A DNA stretch of 64,000 bases from Nanohaloarchaea archaeon B1-Br10_U2g21 (GCA_001563915.1 LKMP01000001.1:1-64000); one strand, 5' to 3'. Positions 46,425 through 58,147 are shown, counted from the stretch's first letter. Program-made: numbers and translations. The notes: generated from the sequence alone by a model not told the origin.

Positions 46425-47674
46425 CCTTCTTCTCGGGCTAACTGTACGTAGCTGCCGAGCTTCTGGATGTGTCCATGTGAAGGGACAATATTCTCAGGCT
46501 GTAGAAAGGTGATAAAGTCTCTGTGATCTTCTTTCTTTGCATGCCCAGATGTGTGAACGTTCTTGTAGAGTCTTACTCCTTCATCCTTCAGTTTTTTCTC
46601 TAGCTGGTATCTGTTGGCTCTACTTGGAGGAGTAGGGATTGTTCGTGATGAGAAAATCACGTGGTCTCCTTTCTTGAATCGGAACGGATATTGCTGTGAT
46701 GCTAGCTTATCCATCTGGCTTCCCGGCTCACCTTGATTACCTGTTGCGATTACTAGCCACTCTTCACGCTCTCCTGCAATTCTATCCATTAGCTGCTCAC
46801 ATTCGTCGTAATAGGAAGCAACCTCTATTTCAGATAAATCTATAAGATCTAGTTCTTCAGCGGATTTAGTGTATTCTTTCAATGATCTGCCAACAAACGC
46901 AACTTTTCTTCTACCGTCATTAGCTTCAAGAATTGAATTTAATCTCTGAATTTGGCTCGAAAAAGTTGTTACGAATACTGCTCCGCCAGCGTTGTAGCAA
47001 TTCTGCAAAAGCTGATTTAACTCTACTTTAACTGCTTCTTCAGGCCTTACTCTTCCGGGCTCATCTACGCTTGTGGTTCCTGGAATCATAACTTTGATTC
47101 CTTCATTTCCAGCCTCTTTAAGTCGCTCAATATCAGTGTTCTCTCCTACTACGGGTTTACGGTCGAATTTCATGTCATTGCCGTAGATTACGCCGCCTTC
47201 AGGAGTTTTCAAGTATGACAGTGTGGAATCAGGAATGGAGTGGTTGTTTCTGATAAACTCTAATTCAAGCTTGTCAGAAATTGTATATGTTTCTCCGTTT
47301 TCTAATTCTATAATGTCGTTGTTAATATTCTTCCGATCACCTTCTAGTCCATTCTCCACAATCTTTTTTGTGAAAGGTGTGCAGATAATTGGACAGTCAT
47401 ATGCGCCTGCAAGCTTCGGAATTGCTCCTACGTGATCAAGGTGTCCGTGACCTATAACTATGGCTCGGACGTCCTTATCCATTAATTCTTTGTCTCTTGG
47501 AATTGCTCCTGTTTTAAGGGTTTGGTTTGTTGTTAATTCGTCTATTTGTTCATCGGATCCGATTACTTCTTCCATGTTATAACCCATATCAAAGATGACG
47601 GTCTCGCCTTCAACTTCGACAGCGGTCATATTCATGCCGATCTGTTCGTATCCTCCGACTGTATGTACTTTCAT
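46364..47674 (-). CDS. rnj: Ribonuclease J (beta-CASP)
   Basis: GGYEQIGMNMT, GHGHLDHVGA, HSIPD, TGNQGEP, HTSGHA and PSHG. Confidence 0.95.
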   Translation of the reverse strand: MKVHTVGGYEQIGMNMTAVEVEGETVIFDMGYNMEEVIGSDEQIDELTTNQTLKTGAIPRDKELMDKDVRAIVIGHGHLDHVGAIPKLAGAYDCPIICTPFTKKIVENGLEGDRKNINNDIIELENGETYTISDKLELEFIRNNHSIPDSTLSYLKTPEGGVIYGNDMKFDRKPVVGENTDIERLKEAGNEGIKVMIPGTTSVDEPGRVRPEEAVKVELNQLLQNCYNAGGAVFVTTFSSQIQRLNSILEANDGRRKVAFVGRSLKEYTKSAEELDLIDLSEIEVASYYDECEQLMDRIAGEREEWLVIATGNQGEPGSQMDKLASQQYPFRFKKGDHVIFSSRTIPTPPSRANRYQLEKKLKDEGVRLYKNVHTSGHAKKEDHRDFITFLQPENIVPSHGHIQKLGSYVQLAREEGYSLEEDVFIGENGRTIRIE

Positions 47675-47789
47675 AAATGAAAAACCTCGTGTTTTACAAG
47701 TGTTTATAGAAAACAGTCCGAAGCCTAACTTTTTAAATCAAGACTTGAGAGGTTTACATTCTTAAGACTTCCACCGAACCTTTTCATAC

Positions 47790-49082
47790 ATGTACTCAGA
47801 TAAACTCCAGCAAAAACTCCGAGAAAAAGGTGTGGAGATTGGTGATCGGGTCAAAACAGGCAGTAAGGAAGGAGTACTTATGCCTAAACCTAAAACCGGA
47901 GATCCTGATGTTATAGTGCTTAAGCTCAATAATGGATATAATATAGGCGTACAACCAAAAGAAATAGAGCTAGTGGAAAAGAAAAAAACATCTGAACAAT
48001 CAAAAACAGAAATAGAACATTCAGAAGATAAAGATGATATCCTAATTCTTCATACAGGAGGCACAATCGCATCCCGGGTTAGTTATGAAGAGGGAGGAGT
48101 GAAACCTGCTTTTAATCCAGAAGAGTTAGTAGAGATGTATCCGGAACTCGCTTCAGAGGTGAACATACATTCGGAAGTCGTTGCCCAGATGTTGAGTGAA
48201 GATATGGAGCCAGAACACTGGAAGGAAATCGCAGAGACAATTCATGATGTAAAAAATGATTACGATGGGATAATTGTGGGTCACGGAACAGATACAATGA
48301 GCTACACCGGCGCAGCACTTTCTCTAATGCTGAAAGGAATAGATACAGGAGTATTACTTGTTGGTGCACAAAGATCAAGTGACAGGCCTTCAAGCGATGC
48401 TTCAATGAATCTATACTGTGCTGCAAAATTCCTTAAAGAGACAGATTTCACCGGATTTGGAGTCTGCATGCACTCTTCAATAAACGACAAAGAATGCGAT
48501 ATTCTTCCAGCGCACAAAGTAAGAAAAATGCATACCTCTCGAAGAGAAGCCTTTGAAGCTATTAATGCAGATAAGATAGCTGAAATAAATTATCAATCTG
48601 GCGAAATAGAGTACAACTCTCAAGAAGAAAACAGAGACTACGAGAAAAGAACAGATATTAGCAGTAGAATTGGGGTAGTCAAATCAAGGCCAGGTATGAC
48701 GCCTGAAGAAATCGAGTTTGTTTTGGAAAATGATTATGAAGGATTAATTGTTGAAGGAACTGGTTTAGGACACTTACCAGTCAATAGCTTTGATGACAAA
48801 ACTGAACACCATGAAAAAATACTTGAAAAGTTGGAAGAAGTTGCTGAGAAAATGCCTGTAGTAATGGCCTCACAGTGTATTAAAGGCCGAGTTGATATGG
48901 ATGTCTATGATGCAGGGGTTAAGATTCAGAACGCCGGTGTTTTTTCCGCAAGAAATATGCATCCAGAACTAGCTTATGTCAAGCTTGCGTGGAGTATTGC
49001 CAATACAGATTCTAGGGAGGAGGCTTTGAAGCTTTTTCAAGAGGATGTTAATGGGGAGCTTACAGAGAGGTCGATGATATAG
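47790..49082 (+). CDS. gatD: Glu-tRNA(Gln) amidotransferase subunit D
   Basis: LKLNNGYNIG, TGGTIASRV, HGTDTM and GAQRSSDRPSSD. Confidence 0.96.
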   Translation: MYSDKLQQKLREKGVEIGDRVKTGSKEGVLMPKPKTGDPDVIVLKLNNGYNIGVQPKEIELVEKKKTSEQSKTEIEHSEDKDDILILHTGGTIASRVSYEEGGVKPAFNPEELVEMYPELASEVNIHSEVVAQMLSEDMEPEHWKEIAETIHDVKNDYDGIIVGHGTDTMSYTGAALSLMLKGIDTGVLLVGAQRSSDRPSSDASMNLYCAAKFLKETDFTGFGVCMHSSINDKECDILPAHKVRKMHTSRREAFEAINADKIAEINYQSGEIEYNSQEENRDYEKRTDISSRIGVVKSRPGMTPEEIEFVLENDYEGLIVEGTGLGHLPVNSFDDKTEHHEKILEKLEEVAEKMPVVMASQCIKGRVDMDVYDAGVKIQNAGVFSARNMHPELAYVKLAWSIANTDSREEALKLFQEDVNGELTERSMI

Positions 49083-49372
49083 TGGATAGAATACTCGATG
49101 AGTTTGATAAAAAAGCAAAAGAGTTCCTAGACAAGGGCAGGCCTGATAGGCTGAGAAATATTTTAAGAGAGTATGCTATGTGCGTAGCTTATGAAACAGG
49201 AGAAGAGCTTGAAAATCCGTCTCGGTTTCTTAGAATGACTGGTATAGACTTTGAAAACATTGACAACTTTACTGAGTATAGAGTAGCCAAATCTGTTATT
49301 AGATCAGAAATCAGAAAAAAGAAGGGCGATAGCTACTTCACAAAACTCAGAAAGAAGGTGTCAGATAGATGA
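49082..49372 (+). CDS. Hypothetical protein in the gatD-gatE run
   Basis: 96 aa; overlaps both neighbours. Confidence 0.7.
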   Translation: MDRILDEFDKKAKEFLDKGRPDRLRNILREYAMCVAYETGEELENPSRFLRMTGIDFENIDNFTEYRVAKSVIRSEIRKKKGDSYFTKLRKKVSDR

Positions 49373-49896
49373 AGATCTATGGGGTTACTGGAATGCCTTT
49401 AGCAGGTAAAACAACTGTAGCAGACATAATAGCTGTACGAGGTTTCCAAAAAATTGACATGGGTGATGTGGTGAGAAAAGAGATGAGCGATAGAAATATT
49501 TCTGCTGGCGAAACAGGAAAGTTTGTGAACCAGCAAAGAGAAAAACGAGGTAGAAGCGCTATAGCAAAGCTTACTGTGCCGTATATAGAACGAACAGATT
49601 CGGATGTCGTGATTACAGGGATGAGAGGTCTTTCTGAGAAAAAGCACTTTGAGAAAGATTTAGGTACAGAAATCGAAATGATAGCTGTATGGACATCTCC
49701 CAAAAAACGCAAAGAAAGAAGAGAAAAAAGAATGAGGGAGGAAGATAGAAAGGGTCAAGACTTTCACTCAAGAGATTTAAGAGAGCTGGAAAATGGGGTA
49801 GGAAAACTTATGGCATTAAGCGATCATGTTATTGTCAATGAAGATATTTCAATAGAAAAACTTGAGGAGAAAGTTGATCAATTACTTGAGGCATGA
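49369..49896 (+). CDS. P-loop kinase, dephospho-CoA kinase-like (UPF0200 type)
   Basis: GVTGMPLAGKTT, MGDVVR, RDLREL..GVGKL and DHVIVNE. Confidence 0.82.
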   Translation: MKIYGVTGMPLAGKTTVADIIAVRGFQKIDMGDVVRKEMSDRNISAGETGKFVNQQREKRGRSAIAKLTVPYIERTDSDVVITGMRGLSEKKHFEKDLGTEIEMIAVWTSPKKRKERREKRMREEDRKGQDFHSRDLRELENGVGKLMALSDHVIVNEDISIEKLEEKVDQLLEA

Positions 49897-51737
49897 GTAA
49901 AGAAATGGATTACAAAGAATTAGGATTCAAATGCGGTATAGAAATCCATCAGCAACTTGACACAGATAGGAAACTTTTCTGCCACTGTCCTGTAGATTTA
50001 GTAGATGAGAGCGCAGATGGGGCTTTTGAAAGATACCTCAATGTAGTAGCAGGAGAATCAGGAGAAAAAGATCGGGCGGCAGAACAAGAAATCCAGAAAT
50101 CAAGGAAGTACATCTACAAATATTACGACAGAAATAACTGTTTGGTTGAAGCTGATGAGGAACCGCCGCACTCAATGTCAGAGCAGGCTCTAGAAACAGC
50201 GTTAATCTTTGCAAGAATGGTGAATGCTGATATCGTTCCTGAGATACAAGTAATGCGTAAAATGGTGCTTGATGGTTCGAATACATCGGGTTTCCAGAGA
50301 ACGTCGATGATAGGTCTAAATGGAGAGATTGAAACAGAGACAGGTATTGTAAAGATAGAAGACATAGAACTGGAGGAAGAATCAGCAGGAATTCATGAAA
50401 AAGACTCTGAGAAAGCAGTTTATGATCTTAACAGATTAGGAGTGCCGTTAGTTGAAATAGGGACAGATGCATCTATTAGAACTCCGGAACATGCGAGAGA
50501 AGTTGCGCTAAGGCTAGGAATGCTTCTACGCTCAACAGGTAAAGCGCGGAGAGGGCTAGGAACAATCAGACAAGATGTCAACGTCTCGATTGAAGAAGGA
50601 GCTAGGGTCGAAATCAAGGGATTTCAGGATGTAAAAAATATTGATGAACTAATTAGACTGGAAGTTGAGAGACAGAAAAACCTTGTAGAGCTTGGTGAGG
50701 ATCTTGATGAAGCTGAATTGGTGGCTGATAATGTGACCCATCTATTTGAGAATACAGAAAATCAGATAATTTCTACAGTGCTTGAAAATAATGGCGCGGT
50801 ATATGCATTGAAACTTCCGGGCTTGACAGGGAAGATGAAACAGAAAATATCTGGTGAAAAGTATTTGGCACTGGAACTTGTTGACTACGCTAAGTCAAAA
50901 GGTGTAAAAGGGATATTACATACTGATGAAGACTTACAGAAATATGAGCTAGTTGATGAATTTGAAGAAGTTGCTAAAATGTTTGACAGAGACAAAGAAG
51001 ATGTTATTGCAGTTATTGCGGCTGAGAAAAATCAGGCTCGAGAAGCAGCGAAAGAAGTACAGAAGAGGGCAAAAATGCTTTATAATGGGGAAATACCTGA
51101 GGAAACACGGAGTGCAGAACAGGACTTTACTACGAGTTATATGAGGCCTTTACCTGGAGCAGCAAGAATGTATCCTGAAACTGATATTGCACCTATAAGA
51201 GTCACAGAGAGTAGGGTGAAAGAAATTGATCAAAATATTCCGGAAACGCTTGAAGAAAAGAAAGAGCGTCTAGAAGATGAAGTAGGGGAACAGATGGCGT
51301 CTCAGCTTGTCAGTTCAAGAAGAGTTGGGCTTTTTGACAAGTTTGAAGATTCTGCTGATCAGAAAGATTTAGCGAATTATATAGTCAATACTTTACCGAG
51401 AATAGAATCTGAAGGCTTTGAAGTCTCAGAAAATGCGATAGAGAAAATTCTACAGGCTTTTTCAGACTCAAAAATAGAAAAGGGTCAGCTGGAGAAAGCA
51501 TCTCGTCTCGCTGCAGAGGGGGAAGAAAGTCCTGTTGAAAAGATTTTGGAGTCACAGGTTTCAGAAAAAGATATTGAAGAAATAGTCAGGTTGGTCGTTG
51601 AGGAGAATTCTGAGATGGTGGGAGAGCAAGGTATGCGTGCTCAAGGACCCTTAATGGGGGATGTGTTGCAGAGAATTGACGCTGATGGTTCCCGAGTGGC
51701 GCCTGTGCTTCAAAAGGTTTTACAGGAGCATCTGTAG
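49893..51737 (+). CDS. gatE: Glu-tRNA(Gln) amidotransferase subunit E
   Basis: [35 protein letters not shown] and [14 protein letters not shown]. Confidence 0.97.
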   Translation: MSKEMDYKELGFKCGIEIHQQLDTDRKLFCHCPVDLVDESADGAFERYLNVVAGESGEKDRAAEQEIQKSRKYIYKYYDRNNCLVEADEEPPHSMSEQALETALIFARMVNADIVPEIQVMRKMVLDGSNTSGFQRTSMIGLNGEIETETGIVKIEDIELEEESAGIHEKDSEKAVYDLNRLGVPLVEIGTDASIRTPEHAREVALRLGMLLRSTGKARRGLGTIRQDVNVSIEEGARVEIKGFQDVKNIDELIRLEVERQKNLVELGEDLDEAELVADNVTHLFENTENQIISTVLENNGAVYALKLPGLTGKMKQKISGEKYLALELVDYAKSKGVKGILHTDEDLQKYELVDEFEEVAKMFDRDKEDVIAVIAAEKNQAREAAKEVQKRAKMLYNGEIPEETRSAEQDFTTSYMRPLPGAARMYPETDIAPIRVTESRVKEIDQNIPETLEEKKERLEDEVGEQMASQLVSSRRVGLFDKFEDSADQKDLANYIVNTLPRIESEGFEVSENAIEKILQAFSDSKIEKGQLEKASRLAAEGEESPVEKILESQVSEKDIEEIVRLVVEENSEMVGEQGMRAQGPLMGDVLQRIDADGSRVAPVLQKVLQEHL

Positions 51738-51788
51738 AACATATTTAAATTTTTACTTATGTCATTAAAAAACAGGTGAATTACAACT

Positions 51789-53450
51789 ATGAGAGGATTA
51801 GGCGGAAGTCCGGTATTTATAATGTCTGAAGACGCAGAAAGACAGACTGGTGCAGACGCACAGGAAAACAATATAGCAGCATGTAAAACAGTTGCAAAAG
51901 CCGTAAGAACTACTCTAGGTCCTAAAGGAATGGATAAGATGATGGTGGATTCTGTAGGAGATCTAGTAGTAACGAATGATGGCGTAACTATACTTGAAGA
52001 AATGGATATTCAGCATCCAGCAGCCAAGATGATGGTTGAAGTCGCACAGACACAGGAAGAAGAGGTTGGAGATGGGACAACTACAGCAGTAGTACTTGCA
52101 GGAGAGCTATTGAAGCAGGCTGAAGGATTGCTTGAACAGGAAATCCACCCAACTGTAATAACTAGAGGTTACAGGCTTGCACGTGAAAAATCTGTAGACA
52201 TATTGGATGATATATCTGAAGAAGTAGATCTTGCAGATGAAGATACGCTTGAGAAAGTAGCCATGACTGCAATGACTGGTAAATCTGCTGAATCTGCACG
52301 AGATTATCTGGCAGAAATCGCGGTAAGCGCAGTAAGACAGGTTGCAGAAGAGGAAGGAGATTTACTTGTAATTGATAGAGATATGGTGAAACTTGAGAAA
52401 AAGGAAGGAGGCACTATTGATGAGACAGAACTTGTTCAAGGAGTAATTCTTGATAAGGAAAAAGTCCACGGTGGAATGCCTTCGAATATCTCTGATGCAA
52501 AGATTGCGTTACTAAATACGCCTATTGAAGTACGTGAGACTGAGACAGATGCAGAAATCAACATTTCTGATCCTTCTCAGCTTAAAGGATTTGTTGAAGA
52601 AGAGGAAAAACAGCTCAAAGAAATGGTGGAAGCATTGGATGATGCGGGAGCAAATGTAGTTCTATGTCAGAAAGGTATAGATGACATCGCACAACATTAC
52701 CTTGCAAAGAGAGGAATCTTTGCAGTAAGAAGAGTTTCCTCCAAAGATATGGATAAACTAGCAAAGGCAACAGGCGCAAATATTGTAACAAGTATTGAAG
52801 ACGTTTCAGAAGATGACTTAGGAGAAGCAGGAACTGTCAAAGAAAACAGAATTGGTGGAGATTCAATGACGTTCGTACAGGACTGTCCAGAAGCCAAATC
52901 TGTCTCAATCCTTATCAGAGGAGGAACAGAACACGTAGTTGACGAAATTGATAGGGCTATGGAAGATGCAATAGGAGGAGTAGCTTCAGCACTGCGTAAT
53001 GGAAAAGTCGTAGGCGGAGGTGGAGCAACAGAAGTAGAACTCGCACAACAGCTCAGAGATTATGCTGATAGTGTAGGAGGGCGAGAACAATTAGCGATTA
53101 ATGCATTTGCAGATGCATTAGAAGTTCTACCAAGAACACTTGCAGAAAATGCAGGATTTGATCCGATTGATGTGTTAGTAGACCTTAGAAATAAACACGA
53201 AAAGGGAGAAATTTGGGCAGGAATCGATGTGTCATCAGGTGAATCAGAAGGCCTATTTGATCAAGGAGTTGTAGAACCGCGGCAGACTAAGACTCAGGCA
53301 GTTCAGTCTGCATCAGAATCAGCAGAAATGATTTTGAGGATTGATGATGTGATTTCTGCGTCAGGATTTGATGGCGGAGGAGGAGATGCACCGGCGCCTG
53401 AAGGAGGAATGCCTGGTGGAGGAATGGGAGGAATGGGAGGCATGATGTAA
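51789..53450 (+). CDS. ths: Thermosome (group II chaperonin) subunit
   Basis: [36 protein letters not shown] and a GGM tail. Confidence 0.97.
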   Translation: MRGLGGSPVFIMSEDAERQTGADAQENNIAACKTVAKAVRTTLGPKGMDKMMVDSVGDLVVTNDGVTILEEMDIQHPAAKMMVEVAQTQEEEVGDGTTTAVVLAGELLKQAEGLLEQEIHPTVITRGYRLAREKSVDILDDISEEVDLADEDTLEKVAMTAMTGKSAESARDYLAEIAVSAVRQVAEEEGDLLVIDRDMVKLEKKEGGTIDETELVQGVILDKEKVHGGMPSNISDAKIALLNTPIEVRETETDAEINISDPSQLKGFVEEEEKQLKEMVEALDDAGANVVLCQKGIDDIAQHYLAKRGIFAVRRVSSKDMDKLAKATGANIVTSIEDVSEDDLGEAGTVKENRIGGDSMTFVQDCPEAKSVSILIRGGTEHVVDEIDRAMEDAIGGVASALRNGKVVGGGGATEVELAQQLRDYADSVGGREQLAINAFADALEVLPRTLAENAGFDPIDVLVDLRNKHEKGEIWAGIDVSSGESEGLFDQGVVEPRQTKTQAVQSASESAEMILRIDDVISASGFDGGGGDAPAPEGGMPGGGMGGMGGMM

Positions 53451-53597
53451 GCCTCTTTTCTCCTCCTTCATATTATGTTTACGTTTTTAGATTGTTCTTT
53501 GAAGGAGATGTAGTTGAAATTTTCTTTTTCTATATCTATTTCCGTGGATTATAAATACCGGAGTTCCTCATTTCTTACTTAGAGGCGATTCAAAGCT

Positions 53598-54275
53598 ATG
53601 AATGACGAGGTTCAGCTTGGCTCTTCTGAAGGAGATGACTACGAGGTCGTTCCGATAGGACCGATTAGAAAACTGGAAAGAAGAATTGATAAGATTCATG
53701 AGGAAGCAGTTCAAAACTCATCAGGAGGCGGTAATTACGATGAACTTGTTAAAGATGTCTTAGATATAATGAAATCGAATCAGCGAATCGTCAATGACAT
53801 GACTGAATCAACTCATGAGCTTAAGAACTCTGTAGAAGATCTTACTCACAAAATGGATGAGGTAGTAGATAACATGAATACATTTATGGACTTGCTTACT
53901 GAAGCCTCTGAAATGGATATGGAAGGCGAAATTGTTGGGGATATTGAACATAGGATTGCTGATGCAATAGGAAATAAAATGGATAATGTAGCAGAGGGAA
54001 TGATGCAGTCCAATAAAGAAGTTGTAGACCAGTTAGAAGAAGTTAATCAAAGTTTAAGGAGATCTTATGCTTCAGGTTCTAGTCAGCAGATGAAGCCTCA
54101 ATCGAAGCCTCAATCTAGAACGGCTCAACAATCGAATAATTCTTCTGAATCTGTTCAGCGACCTACTTCTTCAGATCAGTCTCAGTCATCTCCACAGTCA
54201 ATGAATTTAGGTTCCGGGAGAGATGATAGAATGAAGAGGCTCAGGGAGAAGTTTGGAGATGTTAAAGACCAGTAA
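53598..54275 (+). CDS. Hypothetical coiled-coil protein heading the pilus locus
   Basis: Long helical region plus an S/Q-rich tail; overlaps the first pilin gene. Confidence 0.75.
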   Translation: MNDEVQLGSSEGDDYEVVPIGPIRKLERRIDKIHEEAVQNSSGGGNYDELVKDVLDIMKSNQRIVNDMTESTHELKNSVEDLTHKMDEVVDNMNTFMDLLTEASEMDMEGEIVGDIEHRIADAIGNKMDNVAEGMMQSNKEVVDQLEEVNQSLRRSYASGSSQQMKPQSKPQSRTAQQSNNSSESVQRPTSSDQSQSSPQSMNLGSGRDDRMKRLREKFGDVKDQ

Positions 54276-54759
54276 AGGCCTTACTCCTGTTGTAGCAACT
54301 GTTTTACTTTTGATGATTGCTGTAGCTGCTGTAGGCTCTGCAGCAGTATTTTTGGATGATACTATTACAAGTATCGGCGACAGTATAGAGGAAGATTTGG
54401 CTTTGGAAGAACGGAGATCTGCAACAGATATCTCGATTGATTATGGATACCGTAGTTCTGGAAGTACTGAATATGTGATTATAGATGTTAGAAATACGGG
54501 TTCTGAAACTTTAGAAGTTCAACAGAATGGCGAAAAGCTTTGGAATATGTATATTGATGGGAGGCCTGAAGACTGGAGTTATGTTGATTCAGACCTTGAG
54601 TCAGAAGATGAAATCTTGAGAAATCCTAATGAGGTTATTTCAATAAATACTACTGAAGAATTCCCGGATAACGGTGAAATGATAGAGGTCTCATTAAATG
54701 CCCCTTATGAAAGTTCGGACTCTTACGTCTGCTTTAATGACGGAGGCAATAGCTGCTGA
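54259..54759 (+). CDS. Archaellin/type IV pilin N-terminal domain protein
   Basis: SKG|LTPVVATVLLLMIAVAAVG class III signal, VRNTGS and a C-terminal Cys pair. Confidence 0.88.
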   Translation: MLKTSKGLTPVVATVLLLMIAVAAVGSAAVFLDDTITSIGDSIEEDLALEERRSATDISIDYGYRSSGSTEYVIIDVRNTGSETLEVQQNGEKLWNMYIDGRPEDWSYVDSDLESEDEILRNPNEVISINTTEEFPDNGEMIEVSLNAPYESSDSYVCFNDGGNSC

Positions 54760-54802
54760 GTTCAGAATCTTTATAAGGGAGCCACAGCAAATCTTACATA
54801 GT

Positions 54803-55342
54803 ATGTTTGGAACAAGCAAAGGTATTACTCCTGTAATCGCGATTGTTCTGTTATTACTTGTAACAGTTGGAGCGGTAGGAGTAGTTTATACACAGTTCCA
54901 AGGTTTAGTAGGAGATGGACCTGACGCAGATTTCTTAGATGCTGATGGAGTAGATATTAGTATGTCATCAACAGTTAGCCATGATCCCATTAATCTGACT
55001 TTAAGAAATAATGGTGATGATGAATATGACTTACAAGATGATTTTAGAGTCGATGTAAGCGTTCCTGGTGAGGGCAGAGTTCCATTAGAAGATGCAGTAG
55101 TCTTTGATGAATTCGAAGATGAGAGCCCGCAACAGTGTCTAGAAGAGGGTAACGAAGCCGAAGGCCATGATAGTGAAGATTATACGTCATTTGGTCCTGG
55201 TGACTCTATAGCATGTGAACCGGATATAGACGATCTTTCTGGTCCAGAAGAAGCTACATTCTACTTAGTCTTGGATAGTGCAGATGATGAAGTCACAGAT
55301 GTAACTTGTGATCCATCAACAAGCACTAGCGCAACTTGTTAA
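54803..55342 (+). CDS. Type IV pilin (candidate major pilin)
   Basis: MFGTSKG|ITPVIAIVLLLLVTVGAVG, with its own TATA-like TTTATAA about 27 nt upstream. Confidence 0.88.
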   Translation: MFGTSKGITPVIAIVLLLLVTVGAVGVVYTQFQGLVGDGPDADFLDADGVDISMSSTVSHDPINLTLRNNGDDEYDLQDDFRVDVSVPGEGRVPLEDAVVFDEFEDESPQQCLEEGNEAEGHDSEDYTSFGPGDSIACEPDIDDLSGPEEATFYLVLDSADDEVTDVTCDPSTSTSATC

Positions 55343-55404
55343 AATTTTTCTTTTCACATATTTTCCCTTTATTTTATATTCAGGCCTTAATAATTGAGAA
55401 CTGT

Positions 55405-56052
55405 ATGAAGGGTCAAACTCAGGCAGTTACAGCTGTTATGATTACAGGTATAATGATAGGCACTATTGCCGCAGTTTATGTCTGGGGAACGCCTTTACTT
55501 GAGAAAAGAGAAAGCCAGGCGGCCTTAGGCCAAGTTGAAAGCGATGTTTTAAGCCTTAAAGACTCTGTAGATTCTGTCAGCCGAAGTGGAGAAGGTAGTG
55601 GTTCAGATAGTTCTATTAGGATTAGTGAGGGCGAGGTTGAAGTGAATGAGGATGAGAATTATATTCAAGTAACTACTTTTTCAGGAGCTTCAAGTTATCC
55701 TACAGGTACGTGGAGAATAATAGAAGGTAATAGTCTCCAAGGTCTTTCAATAGGTACAGGATACTACGGTATTTCGGGACAGGATAGTGATGGTGTAGTA
55801 GCCGCTAGATCGGATGAATCTGGGGGAGATGATAGAATCCGGTTCAGAGTCGAGTTTAGAGATATGTTAGATGATTCTGAAGCCCATTTAGTAGATTTGC
55901 AGTCTGTAGGTTCTCCCACATCCTCCGGAGAGACTACTGTCAATCTAAGAAATAGAGGTACTGAGTCTGATACAGGCTCAGAAGGTTTAGAGATTGGTAC
56001 TGATGAAATTATAGATAGAGAGAGAAGAATAATTGAGGTTGATTTACAGTGA
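55405..56052 (+). CDS. Minor pilin-like protein
   Basis: MKG|QTQAVTAVMITGIMIG class III signal. Start moved to ATG 55405. Confidence 0.8.
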   Translation: MKGQTQAVTAVMITGIMIGTIAAVYVWGTPLLEKRESQAALGQVESDVLSLKDSVDSVSRSGEGSGSDSSIRISEGEVEVNEDENYIQVTTFSGASSYPTGTWRIIEGNSLQGLSIGTGYYGISGQDSDGVVAARSDESGGDDRIRFRVEFRDMLDDSEAHLVDLQSVGSPTSSGETTVNLRNRGTESDTGSEGLEIGTDEIIDRERRIIEVDLQ

Positions 56053-56441
56053 AAGGACAGTATCTTGCTGTGGAATCTGTTTTGACATTTGGGCTAGGTA
56101 TAATCGCAGCAGTAGGTATTATAGGTGTTTTTAGCAGTTACAGTAGTAATGTGTTTTCAACCGCCGAACAAGTAGATGTAAAAGTAGTTCAAAATGATAT
56201 AAAGAATAATCTAAATAGTTTAGACGTTATAAATGGTACTGCGCATAAAGATTTAGAATTACCGGATACAGTAGCTAATTCAGACTATACAGTATCGTTA
56301 TCAGATGATGAAATAGCTTTAGAGGCCAGAGGAGAAATATATAGATCTAGACTGCCGATTTCGGAGCCTGCCACAGGTTCAGGTTCAGGCGACGTAAGAA
56401 TCTATAAAACCGAACAAGGGTATGAGTTGACCGAAAGATGA
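56049..56441 (+). CDS. Minor pilin-like protein
   Basis: MKG|QYLAVESVLTFGLGII; GTGA overlap. Confidence 0.8.
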   Translation: MKGQYLAVESVLTFGLGIIAAVGIIGVFSSYSSNVFSTAEQVDVKVVQNDIKNNLNSLDVINGTAHKDLELPDTVANSDYTVSLSDDEIALEARGEIYRSRLPISEPATGSGSGDVRIYKTEQGYELTER

Positions 56442-58147
56442 GTGTCAAACTTAATAGTCTGATAAACAGGCTTAGGAAAGCTAAACACCCGGAATGGTAC
56501 GAAGAGGAAGAAACAAAAGAGGCAAATGAAAATGCAGATGGAGTTAAAATTCCATCTCCGGGCCGTTTTGATCCTGAAATGATCGAACAGTTTTCAGATG
56601 AGGATAAACTTACTGATGTTGATGTATCATATCCTTTAATGCCTGCAGATCCTGAAGATGGAGAGATGGTTTATGCATGGGCGCATATAACTTGGAACGA
56701 AGAAATGGGAGAATTAGTATACAGAGTAATAGAACCAGATATGAATAAGAGAACTGAGGCTGTTCTGAACAAGATTCATGATATAATGGAAAGAAGTTTC
56801 GATGTCACGTTATCAGACCTCGAATCAGGAGAAGCTGATGAATATCTCGAAGAAAAAATAGATATGATAGTGGATAAATATGATTTAAGTCTCACAGAAC
56901 AGCAAAGAGAAGTAGTCCGTTACTACACAAAAAGAGATTTTGCAGGTTTAGGTAAGCTACAACCACTAATGAATGATACAGAAGTAGAAGATATATCCTG
57001 TGATGGAATAGATATACCTGTTTATGCGTACCACAGAAACCCTAAGTTTGGGTCCATAAAGACAACTATAGAATGGGATAATCACGAAGAACTTGATAAA
57101 TTCGTTATGAAAATGGCTCAGAGATGCGGTAAATCTATTTCAGTCTCGACACCATTGCTTGATGGGGCGCTGCCTGACGGTTCCCGTGTACAGGCAACTT
57201 TAGCTACAGACATTGCGAGAAAGGGGTCAAATTTTACAATTCGACGTTTTACGTCAGATCCATTAACACCTATTCATATGATGGACTTTGAGACAGAGAA
57301 TGCGCAGATGCTATCATATCTTTGGACGCTTGTGGAACACGGTAAATCAACTCTAGTATGTGGAACTACAGGAGCAGGAAAAACATCTCAGTTGAACTCG
57401 CTTTCACTTTTCATCAGGCCAGAGAAGAAGATTGTGTCTATTGAGGACACGCCAGAACTTCGTCTACCTCATGATCACTGGGTGCCGGAAGTAGCGCGGT
57501 CAGGATTTGGATCAAGTGCTGATGAAGGAGGAGAAGTATCAATGGATCATTTATTGAAAGAGTCTCTGCGTCAGAGACCTGAATATATTATTGTCGGAGA
57601 GGTGCGTGGTGAAGAAGCATATATTTTGTTCCAGCAGATGGCTACAGGACACACGGGGCTATCAACGATTCACGCGGACAGTCTAGAGATGCTTATGGAT
57701 CGTCTGACTACACAGCCAATAGATCTCTCGCCGTCACTAATTGAGACATTAGACTGCATAATGCTAATTAAAAGGCTTAGAAGAGGAGGGAAGTATGTTA
57801 GAAGGATTACAGGTCTTTATGAGGTATTAGGGTATGATAAGAGAAAGGGTATTGATGCTAACAAAGTATTTGGATGGGAGCCAAGAAATGATGAATATAT
57901 CGTTGAGAACAACTCTATACTTCTCCAAGATATAGCTGAACAGAGCGGTATAGATAACGAAGATATACAAAAAGACCTCAGAAACAAGCAACACGTCCTA
58001 AATTATATGCAAGAAGAGCAGATAAAACACTACAGAGAAGTAGGAGATATTATTTCTCGTTACTACTCTGATCCGGAGTCTGTAATGGAAAAAGTAGGAC
58101 AAACATTTAATTCAGATCAAGGCCAATTAAAAGTTAGCGATGCTTAA
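56438..58147 (+). CDS. Type IV pilus assembly ATPase (PilB/FlaI family)
   Basis: EDISCDG, LPDGSRVQA, GTTGAGKT, SIEDTPEL, LRQRPEYIIVGEVRG and ATGH...STIHA. Confidence 0.95.
   Translation: MSVKLNSLINRLRKAKHPEWYEEEETKEANENADGVKIPSPGRFDPEMIEQFSDEDKLTDVDVSYPLMPADPEDGEMVYAWAHITWNEEMGELVYRVIEPDMNKRTEAVLNKIHDIMERSFDVTLSDLESGEADEYLEEKIDMIVDKYDLSLTEQQREVVRYYTKRDFAGLGKLQPLMNDTEVEDISCDGIDIPVYAYHRNPKFGSIKTTIEWDNHEELDKFVMKMAQRCGKSISVSTPLLDGALPDGSRVQATLATDIARKGSNFTIRRFTSDPLTPIHMMDFETENAQMLSYLWTLVEHGKSTLVCGTTGAGKTSQLNSLSLFIRPEKKIVSIEDTPELRLPHDHWVPEVARSGFGSSADEGGEVSMDHLLKESLRQRPEYIIVGEVRGEEAYILFQQMATGHTGLSTIHADSLEMLMDRLTTQPIDLSPSLIETLDCIMLIKRLRRGGKYVRRITGLYEVLGYDKRKGIDANKVFGWEPRNDEYIVENNSILLQDIAEQSGIDNEDIQKDLRNKQHVLNYMQEEQIKHYREVGDIISRYYSDPESVMEKVGQTFNSDQGQLKVSDA

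Noticed and set aside
53370-53450. GGAATG-type tandem repeats
   Set aside because: They encode the ordinary GGM tail of the chaperonin.
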